A DNA stretch of 64,000 bases from Candidatus Omnitrophota bacterium (GTDB taxonomy: Bacteria > Omnitrophota > Gorgyraeia > Gygaellales > Profunditerraquicolaceae): the NCBI GenBank assembly GCA_028716965.1, contig JAQUOV010000001.1:134448-198447 (forward strand). Direction: 5' to 3'. How positions within the stretch are numbered: position 1 is the first letter of the stretch; each line of letters starts with the position of its first letter. Of the stretch, positions 45,677 to 55,478 are shown in pieces. The position numbers were made by a program, and so were the translations under genes. The notes beneath the pieces were generated by a model, which saw nothing but the letters and a program-made list of their open reading frames with translations, made no database searches and was not told the origin of the DNA.

Positions 45677-48526
45677 TTAAGCTAATTTCGCCTTATCCAC
45701 CAAGGACTGATAACCATTGGCATCATCAGGGTAAGTAGCCAAACCAAAATGCATCTTTACATCATTACTCAGGTTCATATTCTCAAAGTAGCTTCTTAAG
45801 GCCTGCTCAATCCTGCCTCGCACAACAAGACCGCAATTCTTCTGGCAGTCCTGCATGATAATAAAAAACTCATTCTGGTATTCTAAGGCCAGATCTTTTC
45901 CTCTATGCAACTGGGATCTGATAATCTTGAGTAAGTCTTCCGATAAAGTGTTATAGTTATCTTTTATTTTATCAGAATAACTGAAAGTTACAACAGCTAA
46001 AGTCACTGGCTTACGAGACTTATGAGCATCATTAATGGCATCCTCAATATACTCCCTGGCGTTTTCATTAGCGGAATATTTAGGCAGGGTAAAAATAAAT
46101 TTTGTGCCTTTTCCGGCTGCGCTTTCTACCCAAATCTTCCCCCTGTGCAGATCAATCAGCCCTTTGGCAATAGAAAGCCCTAAACCCGTGCCTTTCTCTC
46201 CTGCTCCGGGAATACGCCCAAACTGCATAAACTTGGTGAATACCTTGGGCAGGTCATTCTCTGCAATACCGATACCCGTATCGCTGACGGTAAACTCCAC
46301 TTCATTCTCTCTTTGCATAAACGAGATATCAATATAACCCTTATCGGTAAATTTAAGGGAGTTGCTGATCAGGTTGGTAAATACCTGCATTATCCTGTCT
46401 TCATCAATAAATAAACTTAAACCTTTCTCCTTGGGTAAAATAGTCCTTATCTCCAGGCCCTTCTCTTTTGCCATGCTTTCAAACGAGCTAACCACCTTAT
46501 TTATCAAAACTTCAAGATCAACTGTTTTCTTTATAAGCTCCACCTTGCCGGACTCAATCTTAGAGATATCCAGAAGGCTATTAATAATTCTGGCCAGGCG
46601 GTCAATATTATCCTTAGAAGTAACAAGGACCTTGTTCTGTTTAGGATTAATAGCGCCGGTTACCCCATCCAAAACCAGGCTGATACCTTCTTTGGTTATG
46701 GAAAGCGGGGTGCGTAACTCATGAGATACTATAGAGACAAAATCCGATTTTAATTGGTCCAGCTTCTCCAAAGCGATATTTTTCTCTTTCAGCTCATCCA
46801 ATATCCTCTTACGTTCGGTAATATCCTGCATTACCCCCACTAACCCGGCGACCTTTCCATCCGGGCCGGGATAAGTGGATTTGCTTAAAAGCACAATATG
46901 TTTAATGTTCTGCGCATCCAGTATTTCAGCTTCATAAATCTTAGAGCCGCCGTTTGGCAGGCTAAACAGCTCTCTATCAACACGGTAATTAATTTCCGCC
47001 GCATATCGGGGGTTAATATCAAAAACAGTCTTGCCGGTTACAGCCTCTTTTGCTAAGCCGAAGAATTGCGCAAAAGCAAAATTACACCCTAAATATTTGC
47101 CTTGCTTATTCTTATAGAAAACCGGGCTGGGAATATTATCAATTAAGGTCTGCAGGTGTTTTTGAGAAACAGCTATTTTTTCGGCAGAAGCGCGGTTGAT
47201 CTGATTGATAATAAAGAACACGGAAAATAAAATAAACATGCAAAAACTGATGAAGATACCGACCAAGCGGTACAAAAACATCTTCTGGTGCCATAACTTT
47301 GCGTCCATATCCATACCAATCAAAGCAACCAACCTGTTGTTTTCTAAATCCATTACCGGGGCAAAGGTGGAAATCCAGCTGCCCCACCTATCGGTATAAG
47401 CGTCAATAATAAAAGCCCTGCGGGTTAAGAATCTGCTCCTTAGCTCCGGGGGAGCCTCTTCATAAACCTGGCCCGGAGGGGAACTTTCAGCGGAAGAATC
47501 CGGCCCCGAATCCGCAAGGAAAATTATTTTTCCATGCTCAAGGCGCATTAAATAAATAAATCTCAAATCAACATTGGCTTCTTTTATTGCTTTAAGCTGC
47601 TCCTTGAGGCGTTCATAGCCGGGGGTGCCGATATCCGCGGGGGAGGCGGTAAGTGTTTCCACCTGTCGGTAATCTATCGCCGCGGACACAGTATTGGCCT
47701 TAACCGACAATTCATCTACATTTAACCTGCGGAAATAGGCGCCGATGTTCTGGGTAATCAGCCAACCCAGGGCTATCAGGATCAAATAAACCAAACCTAT
47801 TGATAATACCATCCTCCTTCTCTTTTTATCCAACCCCTCGCTATCCAACCATCCTTGCATAAAACACCAGTATACCAGAATAATAAAAGCAGCGCAGACA
47901 ATCAATGCACAACGCAGTAGCTGTATAGGGAAACCGAAAAAGCTGGCAAAATTGTCCTGATTAAATAACGTAAGTTTAAGTAAAAATGGCGGGTTTGAGA
48001 TTACTAACTGGGTCAAACCATAGGCTATGATAATACAGCCTAAGGCGAATATTAAACGTCTTTGAGCATCTTTCAACCTTAAAGCATAAAGTATCAGTGT
48101 TATCCCTGAGCCAAACGCGCTGGCAAAACCCAGTAAATAACGGCAGGTAAAATTAAAGCCATTGTATTTACCAGAATACCATCCTGAACAAACCAATAAC
48201 AGCCAAGGGATAAAAAACCACCGGCTCAAAGTTTTTCCTTTTAACACTGAATAGCTTAACCGCGAAAACTCTGCCAGGAAGATAAACGACAGCAGCATGA
48301 CAGCCAGGCGCGACATCCTGAACACCGGGGTATCGCCGATACTGATAGAAAATAAATCCAGCCATTCGTTAATGGCATGTGCAAAACCGAACAACCCCAG
48401 CCAAAACCAGGGTAATTTTGCTTCTTTAACCCTTATTAAGAGAAGACAGGCGGCGGAAAGGATGAAAAAACTCATCCCGTATATGAAAAAGATATAATCT
48501 ATCTGGGCCTTGAAGAAATCTGCCAT
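45677..48526 (-). CDS. Sensor histidine kinase with a multi-transmembrane N-terminal domain, Cache-like and PAS domains, HisKA and HATPase_c domains, and a degenerate GGDEF-like tail.
   Basis: SHELRTPLS (H box), GTGLGLSIAKGLIDLHRGKIW (G2 box), and a C-terminus EYQNEFFIIM in place of GGDEF. Confidence 0.7.
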   Translation of the reverse strand: MADFFKAQIDYIFFIYGMSFFILSAACLLLIRVKEAKLPWFWLGLFGFAHAINEWLDLFSISIGDTPVFRMSRLAVMLLSFIFLAEFSRLSYSVLKGKTLSRWFFIPWLLLVCSGWYSGKYNGFNFTCRYLLGFASAFGSGITLILYALRLKDAQRRLIFALGCIIIAYGLTQLVISNPPFLLKLTLFNQDNFASFFGFPIQLLRCALIVCAAFIILVYWCFMQGWLDSEGLDKKRRRMVLSIGLVYLILIALGWLITQNIGAYFRRLNVDELSVKANTVSAAIDYRQVETLTASPADIGTPGYERLKEQLKAIKEANVDLRFIYLMRLEHGKIIFLADSGPDSSAESSPPGQVYEEAPPELRSRFLTRRAFIIDAYTDRWGSWISTFAPVMDLENNRLVALIGMDMDAKLWHQKMFLYRLVGIFISFCMFILFSVFFIINQINRASAEKIAVSQKHLQTLIDNIPSPVFYKNKQGKYLGCNFAFAQFFGLAKEAVTGKTVFDINPRYAAEINYRVDRELFSLPNGGSKIYEAEILDAQNIKHIVLLSKSTYPGPDGKVAGLVGVMQDITERKRILDELKEKNIALEKLDQLKSDFVSIVSHELRTPLSITKEGISLVLDGVTGAINPKQNKVLVTSKDNIDRLARIINSLLDISKIESGKVELIKKTVDLEVLINKVVSSFESMAKEKGLEIRTILPKEKGLSLFIDEDRIMQVFTNLISNSLKFTDKGYIDISFMQRENEVEFTVSDTGIGIAENDLPKVFTKFMQFGRIPGAGEKGTGLGLSIAKGLIDLHRGKIWVESAAGKGTKFIFTLPKYSANENAREYIEDAINDAHKSRKPVTLAVVTFSYSDKIKDNYNTLSEDLLKIIRSQLHRGKDLALEYQNEFFIIMQDCQKNCGLVVRGRIEQALRSYFENMNLSNDVKMHFGLATYPDDANGYQSLVDKAKLA

Positions 48527-48569
48527 GTTTTCATTCTACAATAATAATACTGTAATGCAAGAAAATAAT

Positions 48570-48628
48570 ATCAAGACGCTTTACATAACTACTTTAACCT
48601 CTTTGACTTACAAAACAATTATAAACTC
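48570..48628. repeat. Type-2 REP-like element (AAGACGCTTTA...GACTTACAAAACAATT), with an inverted partial copy at 48672-48690.
   Basis: It matches the flanks of RAYT-2. Confidence 0.6.
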
Positions 48629-48685
48629 AGTAAAAAAACAATTGTTTTGTAACCAACGGAAAAATAAGGAGATGTATAAAACGTC

Positions 48686-49021
48686 TTAAATATTAGCAGT
48701 TACATAGACATACTGTAGAATATCACTCCCGGTATTCTCTACATTATGCATAGTTTCCGGTGGGATATATATGAAGGCATTTTGGGACACCCTGATCTTC
48801 TTATTTTTTCCGCAATAAACAACCGCGCTGCCTTTTAGAATAATAATTGCCTCTTCTTTCCGGTCAGTTTTATGCTCGCCTATAAATTCTTTAGGCTTTA
48901 AGGTAACCAAACCTGCGCGCAAGCCATTATCCTTTTCTTTATTACCTAATAAACGCAAAAACCTTTGCTTGCCTTTAAGTTGCGTAAAAAATACCTTACC
49001 CGTAGCATTATCTTTTTTCAT
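48686..49021 (-). CDS. Cupin-domain protein.
   Basis: About 110 aa with the cupin_2 pattern G.HKTDRKEEAIIILKG...IYIPPETMHNVENTG. Confidence 0.6.
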   Translation of the reverse strand: MKKDNATGKVFFTQLKGKQRFLRLLGNKEKDNGLRAGLVTLKPKEFIGEHKTDRKEEAIIILKGSAVVYCGKNKKIRVSQNAFIYIPPETMHNVENTGSDILQYVYVTANI

Positions 49022-49871
49022 TCTGATGCTCCTCCGTGTGATGATCTAAGTGCGCATGAGGGTGAATGTGTATTTTATCTTTATGCCTGTGGCTGTGAAT
49101 ATGCACGAGGTTATTTGCGGCAAGCAGGTGCGTATCATTTAAAATATCATCTGCATCTCCGAACCTGGCTATTTTTTTATCCGCGCCAAAAACATAAACT
49201 ATATCCGAAACCTCCCCCACAATGTGCAAATCATGCGTGGAGGTAATAATTGTCTTGCCGGAAATATTCTCGTCAATAAGTAAATCGATAATATGCCTGG
49301 TAGTTAAAGGGTCAAGCCCGGCTGTCGGTTCATCAAGAATCAGGATATCCGGGCCGATAATTAACGTCGAAGCTAACGCCACTTTGCGCTTCTCGCCTAT
49401 GCTTAATTGATTAGGAGACCTCTCCAGCAAATCCCGGATACCCAATGTAAACACAAGTTTTTCCAGGCGGGACTGGATCTGATTTTTGGGCAGGCCAAGC
49501 TGCAAGGGGCCGAAAACAATATCCTCTTTAACCGTAGGGCAGAACAACTGCACATCAGGGTTCTGAAAAACAAACCCTACCTTGCGCCTGAAATCAATGC
49601 TAAACTCATTATCATTAAAGCTTTCCTCGCCTAATTTCATTCCGAAAAAATTTACCTCTCCGCTGTCCGCAAAGATCAAACCATCCAGTAAATGCAAAAG
49701 CGTGGACTTGCCTGAACCGTTTGCGCCGATAATGGAAACCTTCTGGCCCGACTTAATATCAATATCCACGCCGGATAAGGCCGGGAACCTGCCCAGGTAA
49801 GAAAACCATACGTTTTTTAACGAAAAAACCGGATTATACATATTACCGTTACTCCTGTAAACGCCAGCCAC
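49008..49871 (-). CDS. cbiO: ECF/cobalt-type ABC transporter ATPase (CbiO/EcfA-like) with a His-rich C-terminal tail.
   Basis: GANGSGKST, LSIGEKRKVALA and ILDEPTAGLD. The tail is HIHSHRHKDKIHIHPHAHLDHHTEEH. Confidence 0.75.
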   Translation of the reverse strand: MAGVYRSNGNMYNPVFSLKNVWFSYLGRFPALSGVDIDIKSGQKVSIIGANGSGKSTLLHLLDGLIFADSGEVNFFGMKLGEESFNDNEFSIDFRRKVGFVFQNPDVQLFCPTVKEDIVFGPLQLGLPKNQIQSRLEKLVFTLGIRDLLERSPNQLSIGEKRKVALASTLIIGPDILILDEPTAGLDPLTTRHIIDLLIDENISGKTIITSTHDLHIVGEVSDIVYVFGADKKIARFGDADDILNDTHLLAANNLVHIHSHRHKDKIHIHPHAHLDHHTEEHQNEKR

Positions 49872-50659
49872 AACCAGTCCTTCCAGCGTACCTTAAAATC
49901 ATCCAGCACCATCGGCTCGCCGCTGTACCCGCGGGAAAGCATGGCTTTGTATACTTCTTCATTTAAGCGGCAGGAACGTACCCAAAGAAAAGCAATATTC
50001 CAACCGACTACCTGCTGGCCTTTTTTATAATGCATGTATGTGCCCACCCTGCTTTTAATGGCAAAATAGGTATTTTCGATTATCCCAATAAAAAGGTAGA
50101 TATACCGGTAGCAGATCCCCATTATCATAACAAAGGCCTGGGGAATGCCGAAAATACGCAAAACTTTTAACAAATCAAAATGCCGCGTAGTAATACTCAG
50201 TAACACGGAAAAAGAGACCATTGCGGCAACGCGCAAAACAAATAATAAAACGCTTAATACTCCGGGCCGGGTAATTACCAAAGCCAAGCCGGCAGCTTTA
50301 AAACTAAACAACTCCTCTCCCGGTGTAAAATTGCTGAAAAGTGCGGGGAAAGCGATAAACAACGAAAACAGGGGAATGAATACCCATGTGCGCTTTAGAA
50401 AAAACCCCAGGTCAATTTTAGAGATGTACGCCAGGAACAGGCATAATAAGTACAGCGCTAAAACAATTAAAATATCCTTTGTTAAGAGTATTGCGACAAT
50501 AAACAAAATAAAACTCAGTGTTTTTATGCGCTGGTCCAGCGATTGCATAAATCCGCGCCTTGAGGCATACTCTTCGGCATATAAAGAGTTCTTAAGAAAT
50601 GATAAAACACCCGACAAGGAGCGTTCGACAAAACCATTATTGCGTGACTTTCTTTTCAT
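49817..50659 (-). CDS. cbiQ: ECF transporter transmembrane (T) component, CbiQ-like.
   Basis: A polytopic membrane protein adjacent to cbiO, of the expected size, with a KIDLGFF...R loop. Confidence 0.6.
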   Translation of the reverse strand: MKRKSRNNGFVERSLSGVLSFLKNSLYAEEYASRRGFMQSLDQRIKTLSFILFIVAILLTKDILIVLALYLLCLFLAYISKIDLGFFLKRTWVFIPLFSLFIAFPALFSNFTPGEELFSFKAAGLALVITRPGVLSVLLFVLRVAAMVSFSVLLSITTRHFDLLKVLRIFGIPQAFVMIMGICYRYIYLFIGIIENTYFAIKSRVGTYMHYKKGQQVVGWNIAFLWVRSCRLNEEVYKAMLSRGYSGEPMVLDDFKVRWKDWLWLAFTGVTVICIIRFFR

Positions 50660-51498
50660 TGTATATATTCGCCGGCAGCATAAGAGCTGCGTACATACGG
50701 GCCGCTTTTCACAAACACAAACCCCCGCTTAAGGGCTTCATCCTTATACTCCTGAAAAACCTCCGGAGCAACATACTCCTCTACAGGGATATGGCTGTTA
50801 CTTGGCGCAAGGTATTGGCCAATGCTCAATAAGGAGCAACCAACCTTAAGAAGGTCATCAAAGACGGAAAAAACCTCTTCTTTCTTTTCGCCCAGGCCGA
50901 GCATGATCCCGGATTTAAGGGGTATCTGCGCAGCTATACGCTTTAATATACGCAATACCTCAAGAGAACGCAGATAAACTGCCCCCTGCGGCCGTATATC
51001 TTTATATAAGCGCGGCACTGTTTCAATATTATGGGCAATAATATCGGGCCCTGCGAAAACCAATGTGCTTAAAGATGTTTCATCGGCGTTAAAATCCGGA
51101 ATAAGCGTTTCAACCGAAACTTTTCTGCCCATAGCGCGCAGGCGTAAAATAGTTTCGGCAAATACCGACGCTCCGCCATCAGCAAGGTCATCACGGGTGA
51201 CGCTTGTAATAACCGCATGGGTCAACCCCAGCTTTTGCACAGCCTCAACAATACGCCTCGGCTCATCAACATCAGGCGCAAGCGGCCTGCCTTTAGCCAC
51301 CCCGCAAAAACGGCAGGCGCGCGTGCAGACTGCTCCGAGAATAATAAATGTCGCCTGGCGCTTATTAAAACATTCGCCCATATTCGGACAGAGCGCCTCT
51401 TCACAAACTGTATGCAGCCCTAAATCTTTAAGCAGGTTCTTCACCCGGCTACAATCACCAAGTGAAATTTTTTTATTAAGCCACGCGGGTTTAATCAT
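50656..51498 (-). CDS. lipA: Lipoyl synthase.
   Basis: CEEALCPNMGEC and CTRACRFCGV, a radical-SAM CX3CX2C motif. Confidence 0.85.
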   Translation of the reverse strand: MIKPAWLNKKISLGDCSRVKNLLKDLGLHTVCEEALCPNMGECFNKRQATFIILGAVCTRACRFCGVAKGRPLAPDVDEPRRIVEAVQKLGLTHAVITSVTRDDLADGGASVFAETILRLRAMGRKVSVETLIPDFNADETSLSTLVFAGPDIIAHNIETVPRLYKDIRPQGAVYLRSLEVLRILKRIAAQIPLKSGIMLGLGEKKEEVFSVFDDLLKVGCSLLSIGQYLAPSNSHIPVEEYVAPEVFQEYKDEALKRGFVFVKSGPYVRSSYAAGEYIQ

Positions 51499-51518
51499 AT
51501 CTAATAAACACCTAAATC

Positions 51519-51573
51519 TCTGTAGACAGTATATGTAACCTGTCTCAACATAATTAGTTACACAAGAAATATT
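51519..51573. repeat. Type-1 REP-like element.
   Basis: TGTAGACAGTATATGTAACCTGTCTCAACATAATTAGTTACACAAGAAATATTAG. Confidence 0.65.
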
Positions 51574-52306
51574 AGTGCCCTATTAATTCCTCAACTTCTT
51601 CTTCGATGCTAACTCCATATGTATACGCCAAAGCATCAATAAGTCTCTGTTCCAGGAACTGTCTGTCCGGCATGACCGCCAACTCTTCAGCCAATGATGT
51701 AGCTACCGAAGAAATATCCACAGGCAAAGACGGGACATACCGGCGTAAAAACTCCCAATCAACGCTAATCGGAATAGAGCCATGCTGAAATATTGCCTGG
51801 CGCCTGCGCTTCTGGGCGTTGCCGCCTATTTTTCTGCCACCAATAACAATATCGTATTTCTCATGCGCAGCGCTGCATAATTGATGCGGCCGGGAATTAT
51901 TTTTAAATCCATCGGCCTCAAGCGCAAAAGAAGCGTTTAAACCGATTGATTTGTAGAAATATACCAGGAAGGCGCAGATCTGCCGGTAGGAAACAAAAAC
52001 ATTTTTATCTTCTCCTATATCCTCTTTAGAGCAGGCAAGGCTATAGGTTAGTTCATGATGATGAAAAAGCACGCCCCCGCCGGTAATTCTTTGCGCAATC
52101 TGCAGGCCGTCGCGATTACATCGCTTAAGGTCAATCCCGTTTTGCGCATGCTGCGAAATACCGTATGTTATAGAAGGCGCTTCCCAGCTGTATAATCGCA
52201 ACACCGGGATACCGTCTTCCAGATAGCGTAAGTAAATATTCTCATCCAGCGCCATATTATACGCAGCAGTGCCGGGTTGAGAACGTATAAGCCTGAATGT
52301 TTTCAT
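51572..52306 (-). CDS. Lipoate-protein ligase / octanoyltransferase family (BPL/LPL catalytic domain; LplA/LipM-like).
   Basis: GGGVLFHHHELTYSL and KIGGNAQKR. Confidence 0.65.
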   Translation of the reverse strand: MKTFRLIRSQPGTAAYNMALDENIYLRYLEDGIPVLRLYSWEAPSITYGISQHAQNGIDLKRCNRDGLQIAQRITGGGVLFHHHELTYSLACSKEDIGEDKNVFVSYRQICAFLVYFYKSIGLNASFALEADGFKNNSRPHQLCSAAHEKYDIVIGGRKIGGNAQKRRRQAIFQHGSIPISVDWEFLRRYVPSLPVDISSVATSLAEELAVMPDRQFLEQRLIDALAYTYGVSIEEEVEELIGH

Positions 52307-52312
52307 GGTATT

Positions 52313-53764
52313 CTACTTTGGCTGCCAGCGCAGGTCCGGTACTCGGGCAGCCCTTGTTTCATCAAGCCGTTTAACCGGCATAGAAAGCGGTGCTAAGCGG
52401 AGTGCTTCGGGATTGGTCTTGGAAAGTGATGCCGCTTCAATCATTGCTTCAATAAAGGCATCCAGTGTTTCTTTACTCTCGGTTTCTGTAGGTTCAATCA
52501 TCATCGCCTCTTTTACAATCAGCGGAAAATAAATGGTCGGCGGATGGAATCCTTTATCAATTAAGTATTTGGCTATATCCAATGCGTGCACCCCCTGCTC
52601 TAACTGCCTGGCTGCGGACAAAACACACTCATGCATACAACTCTTGCCATAAGCTAACGCATAGTAATCTTTCAGCCGCGCAAGGCAATAGTTTGCGCTT
52701 AAGACTGCGTTTTCGCTGACTTCAATAAGCCCGGATTTTCCCAAAGCAAGGATATACGCGTATGCCTTCAGGATTACCCCGAAGTTCCCGTAGAAAGGAG
52801 CAATATAGCCGATAGATTTATGCTTATGATAATCTAAGGCGAATGTCCCGTCAGTGCGGCGGACAACCCTGGATATCGGAAGAAAATCCACTAACTTCTC
52901 ACATACCCCCACCGGGCCTGCTCCCGGCCCGCCTCCGCCGTGCGGGGTAGCAAAAGTTTTATGCAGATTAAGGTGGATAACATCAAAACCGATGTCTCCC
53001 GGACGGCATTTTCCCAGTATCGCGTTGAGATTGGCTCCGTCATAATACATCAGCGCACCCACTGCGTGCGCTAAATCCGCAATCTCTTTTATTTTAGGAT
53101 TAAAAAGCCCGAGCGTATCCGGACAGGTAAGCATCACTGCTGCGGTTTCCCGGTTTAAAGCCTGTTTATATGAGCGCATATCCAGAAAACCTTCTTTATC
53201 CGTGGGGATAACTACTACGTCATAACCGGCGATTGAGGCGCTGGCAGGATTAGTGCCGTGTGAAGAATCCGGGATAATAATATGTTTTCGTCGTTCTCCA
53301 TTATGCTTATGGTATGCGGCAATCAGCATGACTCCGGTTAATTCCCCGTGCGCTCCAGCAAGCGGCTGGGTAGTAAAAGCAGACATCCCGGTAATCTCGC
53401 TAAGCAATCGCTCCATATTGTATAATACCTCTAAAGACCCCTGAGCCAGCATCCCCCCTCCTAAAAGCTGAGGCAGTAAAGGATGCAAGCCGCTAAACCC
53501 CTCCATTGCCGCTACCTTTTCGGTAAATTTAGGATTATATTTCATTGTGCAGGAACCTAAGGGATAAAAATTCGTATCCACTGAAAAGTTCAGGCGGGAT
53601 AAATTAGAGAAATGCCGCACCACATCTAACTCTGAAACCTCTGGCAGATTGGCTTGCGTTTTACGGCAATATTTTTCAGGCAAGGCGCCGGTTATCGGCA
53701 CATCTATTTCAGGTAGCGCAAATCCTTTTCGCCCGGCACGGCTTTTTTCAAAGATTAACTGCAT
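52313..53764 (-). CDS. gcvPB: Glycine dehydrogenase (decarboxylating) subunit 2.
   Basis: The HLNLHKTFATPHGGGGPG PLP-lysine region. Confidence 0.85.
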   Translation of the reverse strand: MQLIFEKSRAGRKGFALPEIDVPITGALPEKYCRKTQANLPEVSELDVVRHFSNLSRLNFSVDTNFYPLGSCTMKYNPKFTEKVAAMEGFSGLHPLLPQLLGGGMLAQGSLEVLYNMERLLSEITGMSAFTTQPLAGAHGELTGVMLIAAYHKHNGERRKHIIIPDSSHGTNPASASIAGYDVVVIPTDKEGFLDMRSYKQALNRETAAVMLTCPDTLGLFNPKIKEIADLAHAVGALMYYDGANLNAILGKCRPGDIGFDVIHLNLHKTFATPHGGGGPGAGPVGVCEKLVDFLPISRVVRRTDGTFALDYHKHKSIGYIAPFYGNFGVILKAYAYILALGKSGLIEVSENAVLSANYCLARLKDYYALAYGKSCMHECVLSAARQLEQGVHALDIAKYLIDKGFHPPTIYFPLIVKEAMMIEPTETESKETLDAFIEAMIEAASLSKTNPEALRLAPLSMPVKRLDETRAARVPDLRWQPK

Positions 53765-55092
53765 AGCGCTGCCTCCAGGCTGCTGGCAAATTGCATGATC
53801 TCTTCTTTAGTGCGTTTTTCCGTGACCGCAACCAGAAGATAATTATCTAATCCCCTGTAAAACCTGCCTAACGGAAAACCGCAGGCGAATCCTTTATTAA
53901 TCATCCGGTAAACTACTTCATCGGCATTTTTCGGCAGGCAAACCGTAAACTCATTAAACGTCGGCGCGCTGCGCTTAACCTTGACCCCACTGACTTTATC
54001 TAATGCTGCCTTGGCAAACTCTGCTTTCTGAAAGTTTAAGCCGGCTAACTCCCGGAAACCAGCCTTGCCCAAAAGAGAGCTATAGATCAACGCCCGCAAA
54101 GCGCAAAGCGCTTCATTAGAACAAATATTTGAAGTTGCCCTCTCTCTACGGATATGCTGTTCGCGTGCCTGCAAGGTTAAGACAAAACCGCGCTGATTAT
54201 CTTTATCTACGGTTGCGCCGGCAATCCTGCCCGGAAGCTGGCGCATATGCTCTTTTTTTACCGCAATAAATCCTAAATACGGCCCGCCAAAAGACAAAGG
54301 TATGCCCATGCTCTGCCCCTCTCCGGTTGCAATATCAATACCCATCTCTCCGGGGCTTTTAAGCATCCCCAGGGAAACCGGATACACTGAAGCAATCGCC
54401 AGCGCCCCGCATTTATGCACACGCTGGGCGATATCGGAAAAATCATCAACCGCCCCGAAGAAATTGGGGTTCTGCACGATTACCGCCGCTGTCTTATCAT
54501 CCAGATGTTTATAAATATCCTCCCTGCAGCTCTGGCCATGCGCCACCGGAGTTTCCACAAATTCAATGGAAAGGTTGGATGTATATGCATAAAGCATGGT
54601 GCGATATATCAAGCTTACCCCGCTATCAACAATTATCTTTCTTCTTCCGGTAAGCCTGATTGCCATCATCGCAGCCTCATAGAGCGCAGTACCGCCGTCA
54701 TAAAGCGAGGCATTGGAAACATCTAAACCGGTTAGCTCGCAAATAACCGTCTGATATTCATAAATTGCCTGCAACCAGCCTTGAGAACACTCAGGCTGAT
54801 AGGGCGTATACGCAGTATAGAATTCAGCGCACCCGGCTAATGCGTCAACTGCTTGCGGTATATAATGGTCATAAAAACCCCCGCCCACAAAATTCGTAAG
54901 ATTAATTGCGTTCTTGCAACTAAGAAGCTTTAAATACTCAATTACCTCAAATTCAGACTTGCCTTCCGGGATATTAAATGACTTTGGCCGCAATCCGCCG
55001 GGGATACATTTAAAAAGATCATCAATACTTGCTACGCCGATAGCCTTAAGCATCTCTTTTTTTTCTGTCTCTGTGTGCGGGATATAATTCAT
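53755..55092 (-). CDS. gcvPA: Glycine dehydrogenase (decarboxylating) subunit 1.
   Basis: Its length and its position 5' of gcvPB, plus conserved GcvPA blocks. Confidence 0.8.
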   Translation of the reverse strand: MNYIPHTETEKKEMLKAIGVASIDDLFKCIPGGLRPKSFNIPEGKSEFEVIEYLKLLSCKNAINLTNFVGGGFYDHYIPQAVDALAGCAEFYTAYTPYQPECSQGWLQAIYEYQTVICELTGLDVSNASLYDGGTALYEAAMMAIRLTGRRKIIVDSGVSLIYRTMLYAYTSNLSIEFVETPVAHGQSCREDIYKHLDDKTAAVIVQNPNFFGAVDDFSDIAQRVHKCGALAIASVYPVSLGMLKSPGEMGIDIATGEGQSMGIPLSFGGPYLGFIAVKKEHMRQLPGRIAGATVDKDNQRGFVLTLQAREQHIRRERATSNICSNEALCALRALIYSSLLGKAGFRELAGLNFQKAEFAKAALDKVSGVKVKRSAPTFNEFTVCLPKNADEVVYRMINKGFACGFPLGRFYRGLDNYLLVAVTEKRTKEEIMQFASSLEAALCS

Positions 55093-55478
55093 TTTGACAA
55101 ACTTTCTATGTATTCTTTATACTGGAGAAAGTTCATAAGCTTGTTTTTTTCTGTTAAATCGGCGATTTTGATCACCGCAAACCACCCTGCTTCATAGGCG
55201 GACTTATTCACCATCTCCGGATGGCTGGATAACTCCGTATTTACCTTAAGCACCTCGCCTGAAAGCGGCGCATAAACATCAGAAGCTGCCTTCACCGACT
55301 CCACTGTCGCGCACCATTCAGATTGTTTTACCTGTATGCCTATCTTTGGCAAATCTATAAAGGTAATATCCCCAAGAGAATTTTGTGCAAAATCAGTAAT
55401 CCCCATGGTTGCTTTATCCGCATCAATGTTTACCCATTCATGGTCTTTAGTATACAAAAGGTCCTCCGGTATGGTCAT
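55089..55478 (-). CDS. gcvH: Glycine cleavage system H protein.
   Basis: The ATVESVKAASDVYAPLSGEV lipoyl-lysine motif. The likely start is MTIPEDL at 55478. Confidence 0.8.
   Translation of the reverse strand: MTIPEDLLYTKDHEWVNIDADKATMGITDFAQNSLGDITFIDLPKIGIQVKQSEWCATVESVKAASDVYAPLSGEVLKVNTELSSHPEMVNKSAYEAGWFAVIKIADLTEKNKLMNFLQYKEYIESLSK

Noticed and set aside
50145-50732. 195-aa plus-strand ORF.
   Set aside because: It is antisense to cbiQ and lipA and has a biased K/R-rich composition. It is a shadow ORF.
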